The notes under the pieces are model-generated. The model saw nothing but the letters and a program-made list of their open reading frames with translations, made no database searches and was not told where the DNA came from. The position numbers and the translations under genes were made by a program. A stretch of DNA of 64,000 bases from Rhizophagus irregularis (Eukaryota): positions 186,001 through 250,000 of the forward strand of contig NC_089432.1 in the NCBI RefSeq assembly GCF_026210795.1, written 5' to 3'. Numbering within the stretch: position 1 is the stretch's first letter; each line of letters begins with the position of its first letter. Of the stretch, positions 49,708-61,660 are shown in pieces.

Positions 49708-51039
49708 TAAATATATAATTAGTTTTATAATTATGAAGATAACTAAGAAAGGTTATAATAGATTTAGGTTATTATAATAAATCTAAAGTACTTGTATAAT
49801 TATATGTGTCATTCAAAATACTAGTCCAAATATAAAATATATTACGGTGTTTTTGAATAAAGATGAAACGCTGGAATAATTAGAGAATCAACACTTGGAA
49901 ACAATAGACATATATTGGACAACGAAATATCGGGATAATTTTCTGGATTTGATGATTAAATTAGTTTCGCTCATTTTGTATAAAATTTACATTCGACATG
50001 AACATATGAGTAGTTGTAGAAGTAAAAAAGTTTAATAAATAATATTCATTTATTGAAAAACATAAATTAAAAGAAGATATTGGATTTCGTCATAAGGATG
50101 TTTGCTTTGGGAAAATGAGATTAAAAATTTGAGAGCTGATTTATATTAATGAATAAAAAAAAAGTTGTTAGATTACAAAAAAAATATCTGGAATCATAGA
50201 TTATAATTCATACTCGCATGATTTTAAAATATGGTAAAAGTTTGTACGAAAATAAATTTATAAATTTTTAGATTTATATAGATTTTATTCAAAATTTAAA
50301 TAATTTCGAATAAATATTAATAATATTGTATACATCTGACAATGGTGCCATGCGTAATTTTCATGGGAGGAGCATAGTGCATTAATATTATCACAATGAA
50401 AATTAACAAAGCACGCAAAATATATATATTTATTAAGAGTATTAGTAATGTAATGTCCAAATCATGATTCATGTTACTGAATATGGAAATAAAATAAGAT
50501 ATAATAAACTAATATTTCATTTATAATTATCTAACTTAAAAAAAATGTTTATATTTATGGATTATACGATGAAAATCCACCATTATTTATGAGTTTAGTA
50601 AATATAAATATTTGAATTTTAAAATTTATCATATATGATGACGATCACTAACCATACTATATAAAAACACATAATAATAATATTTTAATTCTTTCATTTA
50701 TCATTAACAATTTTTTGTTTCCCAAGTTAAATTTTGATGATCAAAATCATATTGGAATAAATCATTACTGAGAAAATATTATATCGCGTAAAAGTTTAGC
50801 CTAGTTTAATTTTAATTTCGCCACAATTTTAATACTTACTATATTTAGTTAAACATTTTATTTACTAATCTTACCTATTATGGAAAATTTAAATAATTTG
50901 CCAAAATTGAAATTAATTATTTGACTAATCTTTTTTTATATAATTTTGTTGCTGATCTTGAAATCATTCAAACATAAAATAACGATTTTCCCATTTTACA
51001 AATTTACAAATTTTTTTGTTTAATAAATTATTAATTAAA

Positions 51040-52677
51040 ATGGATGAAATTAAACTAAGTGACGATGTATTTGAGCAATTAAAAGAGTTCTGTCATTATG
51101 ATTTGACTGAAGAACAAAAATCGTTAATTGATAAACTAATAACAGACAAAGAATTAAATAAACGGTATAAAAAAAATAGGTTATGTAAAAATTGTAAGCA
51201 GATTAATACTCGTTATAATTGGTGCCAGCCATGTGTTTCTAAACGTTTTCAACAAAATTTAAAAAATTGGACAAGTGGAAATCATGACGTTGATGAATTT
51301 ATTCAAAAAGCACAATTGAAAACTAAAGATAAAGAACATATTGTAGAATGGATTGAATATGATAAATTTGAAGATGTTGAATATTTAGCAAAAGGGGGAT
51401 TTGGAACTACTTTTAAAGCAGTTTGGAAAGATGGTCCTATACGGAATTGTGACGATAATCAATGGAATAGAGATGGTAAAACAAAAGTTGCTTTAAAGTG
51501 TTTACATAACTCACAAGGTATTACGGCAGAATTCTTAAAAGAAGTAAGTTATTTTCATTAAATTTAAATTAGCCTTTATAAATGTTAAACTAACTATAAT
51601 TTTCTTTAAGGTTGAATCAAACATATTAGTATATAATTCTATTTTTGATCATATAGTTCGTTGTTTTGGTATTACCAAAGATCCAAAAACAAATAATTTT
51701 ATGATGGTAATGGATTTAAAAAATGGTGGTTTAAGACGACATTTAAATAACAACTTCATTTCACTGAATTGGGAGCAAAAGTTGCATAGTTTAACTGTTA
51801 TTCCATATGGTCTTAGTGATATTCATAAAAAAGGATTAATTCATCGTGATTTTCATTGTGGAAATATATTAAGCGATTTTGATAGATTTGTTTATATTAC
51901 TGATTTGGGATTATGTCAACCGGCAAATGTCAAATCCTCTCAAAATAATAATAAAAAAATATATGGAGTATTGCCTTATGTAGCACCAGAAGTTTTAAGA
52001 GGAAAAGAATATACTCAAAAGAGTGATATTTATGGATTTGGAATCATTGCATATGAAATTTGTACAGGTTTCCCTCCTTATTATGATATAGCTCATGATG
52101 AATTCTTAGCAATGAAAATTTGTAAAGGGTTGAGGCCAAAGTCTAATTATAAAATTCCTCAATTAATTTTTGACATTATTAATCAATGTTGGGATGCAGA
52201 CCCTTTAAAACGACCTAATTCACATGAATTAAAAAAGTTATTTGGAGGTTTATGGCAAGATATTTATGGCAATAAAATGGATTCTGTAATTTATGGGCAA
52301 GTTAAAGAAGCAGATGATATTAATAAAAAGTTATCTTTTTCATCACCTTTAACATCCACTGGTACTATATCATATACGACACATCCTCAAGCAGTTTATA
52401 CAAGTAGACTTTTAGATTTTAATAATCTTCCAGAACCAAAAAATGCCGATAATAATAATGATTTACTTGGAATAGAATATTCAGGTAAACATATATAGTT
52501 TTCTATAATAATTTAAATTATTTTTACAATGCTAACAAATAATATTTATAGATTCCTTAAAAATGGATTTTACTAAACTTGATATTAATTCTAAAGGTAA
52601 ATTACTCTCGTATGTGATTTTTTTGATTTATTAAATTTTAATTAAAACTATCTTTTATTATAGATGAAAGTAATTAA
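51040..52677 (+). CDS. TKL protein kinase (intact, 4 exons)
   Basis: Exons 51040-51543, 51611-52484, 52552-52596 and 52664-52677 join in frame with GT-AG introns. Motifs CKNC...CQPC, WTSGN, KGGFGTTFKA, VALK, HRDFHCGN, DLG, PYVAPE, DIYGFG. Confidence 0.88.
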
Positions 52678-53608
52678 ACTCGGATTACTTAATATTAAAG
52701 TATAAAAGATTATCATATTTTTATTTGTATTTGTATTTTGAAATTGGAGATTAAAGAATTATTTATTATATAAATTTTCCAAATCTATATAAATTTCCTA
52801 ATTTAAACGGTTCTTCAGATTGGAGTCCTGCACAAAAGTTCATATTTTTGAATCCGATCCGGTTCCAATACCTTTCGTGATTATTTATTAAAAAATTTTG
52901 TATTTACTATTAAGATAAATTTTTGTACTGTATTTATTTGTTAATAAAGTTATTTATATTATTTATTACTATTTATTAAAATATTATCAATGAATTTATT
53001 ATTAAAATTTATTTACTAAAAAACTATCAACAACGTGATTTTACTATTATCTATAATTTTATACTCTACAAAACAAATAAATTTATATTTAAATTCTTTA
53101 TATTTTATTAATAACTAGATAATTCATATGTTAAATGTTTGATACTTTTTTTATTCAATTAAATTTTTATAGCAAAGGATCTGCGGAAAATGGAAATTTG
53201 GCGTGGCATCAAATAAAAGTAAATTATTTGAAACTTTGAGACAAATATTATTTATTAAACTATAATATTGTTTACCGCCCAATTGCATTACTCTTTCGTA
53301 AATTTAAATCCTTACAAAGAATTATCAAAATTAATAACGGAACACATTTCCTAATCCGGAATCACTTACCATGAATAACAATGCATCACATCTAAAAAAA
53401 AGGTTAGAAATTTTAACATTTATTAATAAAGTATTAAACAAACATTAAAGTGTGGTTTGGAATTCAAATAACAGATAATTTCGTTATATTAATAATGATA
53501 TTTATTCAAATCTATGGATATTATATAAAATATAGAAAAAAATCTAAAAAAAAATAACACATCAAATAATAACAAATAAATAATAATATAAAACCCTATA
53601 AAAAATTA

Positions 53609-55270
53609 TCAACATTTATCCAGTTCATCAGATGGGAAAATGTTAATACTTTGATCCTTTAATGAATTAATAATTTCTAATTCATCATTCGTCCAATCAA
53701 ATTCACACATATAACCTTTATTAATTCCCAATATCTTTAAAGAATTATGAACTTTTTGATAATTATTTACATATTTTAAATAATCTTTCCTTAAATCTTC
53801 TTCCCCCTCAATATAAATAATCCACTTTTTCAAATTTGCTCTACAATTTTTAGTAAAATATTCAAAAGATAATAGATCGATATGAAAATCTAAAAATAAA
53901 TATTCAACAAAATTTAAATAATCACCCAAAGTTTTAACCAATTGGCTGGCATAATATTCATGATCTATCTCAATTTTTAAAAATTTTAATGATGATATTT
54001 CACAAATAAGTGTAATCATTGAATCTAAATCTTGTTCTGAAAAGATTTTAATATGTAAAAAGCTAAGATTTGGGCAAGATTCTTTTACTGCTTTGATTGT
54101 TTCAGGTGCAATAATATTTAATGATAATTTATACAATGATTCATTACATAAAGAATTAATTATTTCTTCCATTATCTTTAATGTTGAACCAAATCCATTA
54201 AAAACTCTTGTATTGTAAAAAAATTCTTCTTCATGCCATAATTTTAATTCTTTAAGGTGAAATCCTTTCTTAGATAAAGTATCATAATTTTTTGAAACAA
54301 AACCTCTACATTCAAGAAATTCAAGTCGTTCTAACTTTTCCAATTTTGATAAGAATGATAATCCAATAATTTGAAAATCCATATTCCTGAATGATAGTTC
54401 ATTTAAAGTTTTTGATCGAAATTCCAAAGCATACAAAATTTTTTCTATATTTTCCATCTCACTATGATTTTCATTATCATTTAATATTCTTTCTAAAGGT
54501 CGGAAATTGACACTATAATTTTCAGTATCAATTAATATCCTTTCTAAAGGTTGTAGTTTGATAATATCCAAAAATGTGTTGGTCAATGCATTGTCTAATC
54601 TTGAAAAACATAGTTCACAGTTAATAATACTATTACAAAGTCTAGACACTTTGCTTAAAAATTCGATAGTATTCTTATATATGGTACTATCATTTATTAA
54701 GTCCAAATAAGCCTCTATATCCAAAGATTTTAGATTCATAATTCCGGGTTTAAAAGAACTAAAAGTAGAAAAATTTGGCAGGTCAATAAAATTATTCCAA
54801 TTTACAATCACAACAAATTCTTGTATGTTTGAGCCTTCTCGCATAATCATATGATATATAACATTAACCAACTTTCGAATTCTACAATCTTGATATCTAG
54901 AAACATCAGTAGGTACTCTTCCATATGATCGTCTTGATGATGAATTAAGCCAAGATATGATATGTCTTACACAATAATCGTGATCAATTTTCCTTATAAA
55001 TTTCCCATATTTAAATAAAGGTGTTCTATTATTAAAATTTATTGCGCAAGGAATTAATGAAGAAATTTCATCATCATTAAGACAGGAAATTAAAGTATTT
55101 ATTAATGAAAATTGTCTAGGAGTCGGTAAAATAAAAGGATCTCTCCAAATTAAAGGAATAGATAATTTACAATAATATCTATTTACAAATAAACATTTGT
55201 ATAATGATTTGTTATCAAGAAAAAAAAGTACCCCGGTAAAACACTCATCAGGTAATGAAGTTAAAGACAT
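53609..55270 (-). CDS. F-box / LRR (RNI-like) protein, Glomeromycota-expanded family
   Basis: 553-aa ORF with LPDECF..VL.FL...LYKCLFVNRYYC...IPLIWRDPF, the PLFKYGKFI motif, and LRR-like C-terminal repeats. Confidence 0.8.
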   Translation of the reverse strand: MSLTSLPDECFTGVLFFLDNKSLYKCLFVNRYYCKLSIPLIWRDPFILPTPRQFSLINTLISCLNDDEISSLIPCAINFNNRTPLFKYGKFIRKIDHDYCVRHIISWLNSSSRRSYGRVPTDVSRYQDCRIRKLVNVIYHMIMREGSNIQEFVVIVNWNNFIDLPNFSTFSSFKPGIMNLKSLDIEAYLDLINDSTIYKNTIEFLSKVSRLCNSIINCELCFSRLDNALTNTFLDIIKLQPLERILIDTENYSVNFRPLERILNDNENHSEMENIEKILYALEFRSKTLNELSFRNMDFQIIGLSFLSKLEKLERLEFLECRGFVSKNYDTLSKKGFHLKELKLWHEEEFFYNTRVFNGFGSTLKIMEEIINSLCNESLYKLSLNIIAPETIKAVKESCPNLSFLHIKIFSEQDLDSMITLICEISSLKFLKIEIDHEYYASQLVKTLGDYLNFVEYLFLDFHIDLLSFEYFTKNCRANLKKWIIYIEGEEDLRKDYLKYVNNYQKVHNSLKILGINKGYMCEFDWTNDELEIINSLKDQSINIFPSDELDKC

Positions 55271-56031
55271 GTTATTGGTAAAGAAGAAAATGTCCGAAAT
55301 GCGTTCTATTGTTCTATTTATTAATAATTTTATGGTGGTACAAATTTAGCCGATTTCCGATTACGTGATCAATTAGATCATTGCTGTGCTACAATTGTGT
55401 TACTCATACAAAAATAAAACGCACCAATAATAAGAATTAAAATTAATTGCGGTAAAATTAATTAATAACCTAAAAAAGTTAAACTTTATTGTGCAAAATA
55501 AATTAATAATAATTATAAGAACTTAAAAACATTAACGTATTAGATATATATTTATAATTTGACCAAATATGAAATAAAAAAAATGTTTCACTTCTTGTCA
55601 ATAGCCACGTTTAATAATTAGAAGGGTAAAATTTTATAAAAAGACCACTTCATTTTTTATTTAGAACTAAATTAATCGATTAAGTAGTCAAAATTTAATT
55701 CCGGCCAGGATTAGTCATTTTTTTGATTTAATTTCTGGCCTGAATTAACTTACTCGGATGGGCGGATTTTGGTTATTGAAAATGATCGACACAAATTATC
55801 AAATTAAGTAATGATCCATATTTTTTAACTTACAATAATATCATTTTTCCCATTTATTATGTTTTTTTGTTTTTTTTCGCAAAATACAAGTACAGGATTC
55901 ATTAATTTGAAATTGTAAAACCAGGATTCCCAATTTCCCATATTTAAATTCAATTATAACATTAGCCAATGTAATTTCTACAATTTAAATAAATAATACT
56001 AGTATAATTCTATAATTCAAAAAAAAAAATC

Positions 56032-57057
56032 TTAAAAAAAGGGTGCTTGTGATAATTTATTTTGAGCGTGTTTGTTTCCTTGTTCAGCAGATTCTTTATA
56101 CCAATAAATTGCTTTATCCATGTCATTTTTAATTCCATTTCCAATTTCATACATTAAAGCAAGGTTATATTGAGCGACATCATTTCCCAAATTTGCTGCC
56201 TTTTGATATAATTCAAATGCTTTTTTTATATCGGCACTAACTCCAATTCCAAGCTCATAACAACGACCTAACATAGTAATACCACCAGAAAATTCTCCCT
56301 CAGCTGATTTTTTAAATAATTCAAACGCTTTATCATAATCTTTTGTAACAACCTTTCCATTTTTATAAAATAATCCAAGATTACATAAAGCTCTAATATT
56401 ACCTAAATCTGCTGCTTTTTGATACAATTCAAATGCTTTTTTCACATCAATATTAGTTCCAATTCCATTTCCATAACAATAACCCAACTTATTTATTCCA
56501 CTTGAGGTTCCTCCTTTTTCCAAAACTTTTGATAATTCAAAAGCTTTTTTATGATCTATTTCAACACCTTCTCCATCCATATACATATTAACAAGTTCTA
56601 ATTGAGCCAAATTATTTCCTAACTCTGATGCTTTTAAATATAATTCAAAAGAATTTTGCCTGTTAATTTTAGTTTCAATTCCATAATAATGAAAATATCC
56701 AATCAAATAAATAGAATTTGGATTAATTTGATTATTTAAAAGCCAAATGAAAATTTCTTTTGGATTTATATTATGATTATTAATATAAGTTAAAACATGT
56801 TGCTTTATAACGTTTTCTTCTTTTCCTTGATTTAATTCTTTAAAAATAAGATTAACCGTTTCATCAATTACAATACTTAAATCTTCTTCAAATATACTTT
56901 TATGAATATTTTGAATTGTAGGTTCTATTTCTTTTAAATTCATTTTATCAAAATAATTTATAATTTGAGTTTCTGAATTTAAATCTTGTTTATTTAATAA
57001 TTGAGAATAAATATTATCAAACTGATAATATTTGTTATTGGAAACTTTCTCGGACAT
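56032..57057 (-). CDS. Kinase-free Sel1-like repeat protein (6 repeats), most divergent copy
   Basis: Lies within ORF 56032-57126. Start placed at MSEK (57057) by analogy to paralogues; the upstream ATG sits in the CAAATAAATATGTTGTG promoter motif. Confidence 0.88.
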   Translation of the reverse strand: MSEKVSNNKYYQFDNIYSQLLNKQDLNSETQIINYFDKMNLKEIEPTIQNIHKSIFEEDLSIVIDETVNLIFKELNQGKEENVIKQHVLTYINNHNINPKEIFIWLLNNQINPNSIYLIGYFHYYGIETKINRQNSFELYLKASELGNNLAQLELVNMYMDGEGVEIDHKKAFELSKVLEKGGTSSGINKLGYCYGNGIGTNIDVKKAFELYQKAADLGNIRALCNLGLFYKNGKVVTKDYDKAFELFKKSAEGEFSGGITMLGRCYELGIGVSADIKKAFELYQKAANLGNDVAQYNLALMYEIGNGIKNDMDKAIYWYKESAEQGNKHAQNKLSQAPFF

Positions 57058-58355
57058 TATAAATAAAAAGAAAATTATCGGAAAAGTTAAGCTTTTTTTT
57101 TTCCTTATTTTTTTAAGCCACAACATATTTATTTGAATGTACGAAAGTTACACTATCGTAAATGATCACTAATTAAAGTTACATAATTTTGATTATACAA
57201 TAATGGCTCGGCGTTTGAGTATTATTTTGCCAAGAAATAATGTAGATCTTTTCCTTTTTGATAACTCCAACCGGAATTATATGACACGTTAACGCCGGTC
57301 CTTTAATATATAGTAATATATATGAATTATTTAAAAATTTTATTATTAATTTACCTATATAAATTTTTACATATAACATGACCACGATTACCACGTGATT
57401 TATTATTTATTGATTACATAATATAATAATCGTGTGATTCAACTGATTCATTAGTTCACATGGTTATAAAAATAAAAAATAAAATGATTCAACTGATTCA
57501 TCACTTTTTTAATAACAAATAAACACGGAAAATTTTTTCCATTTTTTTTTCTCGCGGAAGAAAGTTTTTACAAAAAAAAAAAAAAAAAATTCAAGTGTAA
57601 GTCCTTCGTATCAAGAAAGCCTTTATACCTTTTTCTCTTTATAATTAACATATATTGTTTACGTAGTTTTCAAAATTTACATGTACTATCTTTTTATATA
57701 CTTAATAAATGAAGTCTTTACAAAATAATAATGACCACAATGCGACACTCTCCTTTGCCGATTTTAACTCTAATATTCAAGTGGATTCTTCAGAAGAAGA
57801 GTCTAGTTATGAGAAAAATACTACTGGTTTGACTTTATTAATATTTAATGTTTATTTTTCAGTTTTCTAGTTTACGAAAAAAACTCAATGCCAATGGCAT
57901 ATCAATTTATCCAATCCTATTTTATCTTCATATGTTCAAGTTAACACATTTTTGGATGAACATAATCATACACTTTTACCCGATACAGCAATATTTTCAA
58001 CTGAATTTCGTGCTTTACCTGCCAAAATGAAAAATAATATTGAATATTTTGTATCATGAGGAATTTCAGATATCCATACCATTCACTCTCTAGTTGTCAC
58101 CTAAATATGATACTCAATATATTCATTCTCAGGATATGCTAAATTTTATTCAAAAAGTTAAGCGGCAAATTGTTGATACTTCAAATGCTCAGTTAATCTA
58201 CTGGAAAGCCTATTAGCTAAACAACATGATGACCCTTTATTTATTGTAATTTCAGAAATTGATATGAACTCTCCAAGATTAACAGGTATTTTTTGGATGA
58301 GTGGTGAACAACAGCTATTACATGCCAAATATCATGATGTATTATTTCATGATAA

Positions 58356-58613
58356 GGCCGCTCCAATTTGATTGTTTGTTTAATGTCCAGAATTTATAGA
58401 GTTTGAGAGGGGAGGGGGTCTACAATAAACAAACAAACATAATATGACTTTAGGGAAAATTTGGGAAATTCTGGAAAATTGTAATTTAAATTTAGAGGAT
58501 TATTTAAATATATTTACAGTATTACTATATATTTAATAGAATCCAGATTTTTAAAAAAATAGAGGTGGGAGTGGTACGTTAAACAAATAAACAAATAATT
58601 AATTGAAGCAGCC
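58356..58613. mobile_element. PIF/Harbinger (Tourist-like) MITE
   Basis: TAA|GGCCGCTCCAATT ... AATTGAAGCAGCC|TAA (11/13 TIR, TAA TSD). Excision restores the MULE frame HDNTTLTNKY. Confidence 0.85.
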
Positions 58614-59510
58614 TAATACAACATTAACAAATAAATACAAGTGGCCATTATCTCTTTTTTTGATTGTTGACTGTAACAATAAATCATGCTTATTAGCTCA
58701 AGCTTTTATTCAAGATGAAACTGAAGAAAGTTATCTATGGTTATTGAAATGTCTTAAGCATACCAATATTGAGCCCAAAACCATTATTACTGATTCTGAA
58801 ACAGCAATGATTGGCGCTTTACAAGAAGAATTACCAAATACATTTCATGTTATATGTATTTATCACTTAAGTCAGAATCTTTCAAAACAGTTAAAATCAA
58901 TTCTTGGAAAAGATTACATAAAGTTTTTGAATGATTTTTATACTGCGTGTAATTCTATTTCTGAAGATATATTTGAATACCAGTGGAAAAGATTACAAGC
59001 AAAGTATTTACAAGCTGAAAACTATTTGACTAATACTTTATATATAAGACAAAAGTATCCTGGGCATATTGTTATATTTACTAGTGATATGCAATCTACT
59101 CAAAGAGTAAGAAGGATTAAACGCAATAATTCATAAAGAAATTGAATCTAGTATGAGTTTGACTATAGCATGTGAGAAAATATTAAAAAGATTAGGAGCT
59201 GAGAACATGACACAAAAGTAATACATCATAATAATTGGATAAATTTATTGCATTGTTTTAAAACTAATGTGATTTATATTTTTATTTTTAGATTTTCAAC
59301 GGTCAAATACATTATTCTCAACCACATATTGTAGCTACTGTATTCAGTGAAGTTAGTAAAGACCTTAACCAATGGTTATCGCCAGCACTTTATTAAAAGC
59401 ATAAGAAGCAAATTTGTGAAGTTATAGCCTATAGAGCACAAATTATTACTGATTTAACTGATATTTTAGCAACTGAAATTAATGAAAATGATTTATCTTG
59501 TCAAGTCAAC

Positions 59511-59605
59511 AATGATAATGAAAACCCTAACAATACTGATAATGAAATTCTAGCAACAATGATAATGAAAACCCTAACAATACTGATAATGAAAATTCTA
59601 ACAAC
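59511..59605 (+). repeat. ~47-bp tandem duplication within the MULE relic
   Basis: AATGATAATGAAAACCCTAACAATACTGATAATGAAA(A)TTCTA.CAAC occurs twice. Confidence 0.8.
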
Positions 59606-59928
59606 ATTGATGACTTTGAACAAATTTAAACACCAATTTTGTAGAAGATAATTATGAAGATCAAAAAATTCACACTTTTTTTTTGTTTCTTTTAATGAAA
59701 AACGTCGGGTTTGATGTTTTTTCATTAAAAAAAGTTCTTTTAGAGGGTACTTTCTTTTATTAACTAAAAGCAGTAGTGCAAATTATTATGTAATCCTTTT
59801 AAAAAGTGGCTGGTATATTTGTATGTGTTTACAGCTTGTTAATAATGGGTGATATGTAGGCATTATTTTAAAGTGATGATGGATAGCAATAATGCTAAAT
59901 TTCATATCTTGTTAATCCCTAGAAGATG

Positions 59929-60192
59929 CCCTGTAAAAAAAAAATGTCCGGAAATTGTAGCTAAAAACATCCGGAAAATGTCTGTGTGTCCGGAAAACGT
60001 CCAGAAAATTGCAATATTCTGGACACTTTCTGGACACTGAATCTGAACCCTACTAGACATTTTCTGGACATTTTCTGGAAAATGGAAATTTTCCAACATC
60101 CGGAATATTGCAATATTCCGGACATATTCCAGACAAATAAACATTTCCGGACATTTTCAGCTACAATTTCTGGACATTCTTTTTTTATAGGG
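59929..60192. mobile_element. CMC/EnSpm-like MITE (CCC termini, 3-bp TSD)
   Basis: ATG|CCCTGTAAAAAAAAAATGTCCGGAAATTGTAGCT ... AGCTACAATTTCTGGACATTCTTTTTTTATAGGG|ATG. Excision restores IPRRWYKENLQD. Confidence 0.9.
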
Positions 60193-60556
60193 ATGGTATA
60201 AGGAAAATCTTCAAGATGATAACAAAGTTTTATCAACTCTTACAACATAATGCTTGGAAATGGTTTAGTAGAAGCAGATGGACCTGAAGAATTTGTAATC
60301 AGATTTAATCAAGATAAACTTTCATTTTCTCAACAACATCATGATAATTACACTCAAAAGCAATGTTCAGAAATGACCTGGTCATTTGAGCATTTAAATG
60401 ATTTATGAAATCATTTGTCATTATTCATAATCATTTGTCATTTGGTCATTTCAATCATTTGATTTTGATTGACTAATATTTATCACATAAATAATCATGT
60501 GACTATAATTAAAAAATAATGAATGTAGTGTAGGCAAAAATCATAATGCTGGCCAA

Positions 60557-61005
60557 TATCAGATTATAACAATAGATCATTTTTTTTAGTCCATTCGATT
60601 ATTTAGCGTAGTCCTAGGTTTTTGAATAGTTTGCCCAAAGGGTGAGGTCAGGACCCCGAAAAATACATAAAAAGGTCACATTTGAGTTTGCTTAAAAAGA
60701 ACCTAAATTTTCATGAAAATCTTGCCTTTTTTAGATAGTGCCGGCCTAAATTTTATTGTCCGTTTTGATACTGGCCAGCATTATCATAATTCCGGCCCTG
60801 AAAAATTGCTTATTTTAGGCCAAAATCTTGCCGATCATTTATGACCTCCATATGTATTTTTCGGGGTCCTGTGAGGTCCCATAGGGGATGAAGTTCTGAA
60901 TTCTATACACGCATTTTAGTTGTAGACATGTAAATGTACTTTTCACTTCTATTTGTAATAGTTTTAGAACTACCACTCTTGTAGTAATAAAATAAAATAA
61001 AAAAA
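60557..61005 (+). mobile_element. Probable retroposed insert (5'-truncated LINE 3' end or SINE)
   Basis: Flanked by the 15-bp direct repeat CATAATGCTGGCCAA (60542-60556, 61006-61020) and ending in an (AATAA)3-A tail. Confidence 0.6.
60649..60871. mobile_element. MITE with perfect 21-bp TIR and 6-bp TSD
   Basis: TGAGGT|CAGGACCCCGAAAAATACATA ... TATGTATTTTTCGGGGTCCTG|TGAGGT. Confidence 0.88.
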
Positions 61006-61660
61006 CATAATGCTGGCCAAAATTACATTCAAATGACCAAGATCATTTGTCATTTGAGCATCGAAATGACATGTCATTTGTCATTTATCATTTGAATCAT
61101 TTGGTCATTTCAAGTCATTTGCTGAACACTGCTCAAAAGTGATATAAAAAATGAATGAGTATGCAATTATTGATCTAGCAAAAGCATCAGCCACAATGTC
61201 TATTGAAATTGGAGATCTTAAAAAAATTTTATCAGATTATCATGATGAGTTATTATAAATTAAAGAACAACAACAAGCTCATATTAGAACATATTGCAAA
61301 GGAAGACCTTCTGCTATTAAAATCAGCCACTGAAATAAATAAGAGATTTAATAAGAAAATAGTGAAAATACTACATATGTGGAAAATGTAATAAAATGGG
61401 TCATAATGCCAGAACATGTAAAATTAGTGTAATCATTATAATACAACAAATATATATATTTTGATTCTTTAATTGCTAAATAAAATGACTTTTTATTTTT
61501 TTAAAGCATTAAAATAAAACATTTTAAGTATTTGTAAATTGATCGGTAATACATTAAAAATAAAAGTTTTACTGTATTTTTGTCCAATCAAAATGTGTAT
61601 TAGATTCTATATAATGTAATGGGGTTATGGATAAAATTTTCAATTTAATTATAAAAATAT

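Larger units (their letters stand above)
60361..61131. mobile_element. hAT-type non-autonomous element (8-bp TSD)
   Basis: CTCAAAAG|CAATGTTCAGAAATGAC ... GTCATTTGCTGAACACTG|CTCAAAAG, with subterminal TCATTT repeats at both ends. Confidence 0.88.
57708..61430 (+). mobile_element. Degenerate Mutator-like (MULE) transposase interrupted by several insertions
   Basis: In order: FAR1/WRKY-like C.WHINL...EHNH (~57885-57970); MULE DDE core DVLFHDNT.LTNKYKWPL...QDETEESY.W...TIITD...H..CIYH; SWIM finger CMC.....G.ICRH...IPRRW; C-terminal knuckle CGKCNKMGHNARTC (61378-61419). Multiple stops and frameshifts. Confidence 0.85.

Noticed and set aside
59849..60236. Overlapping ORFs of 63-91 aa on both strands
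   Set aside because: They arise from the palindromic MITE 59929-60192. Only the ICRH...IPRR part belongs to the MULE relic.
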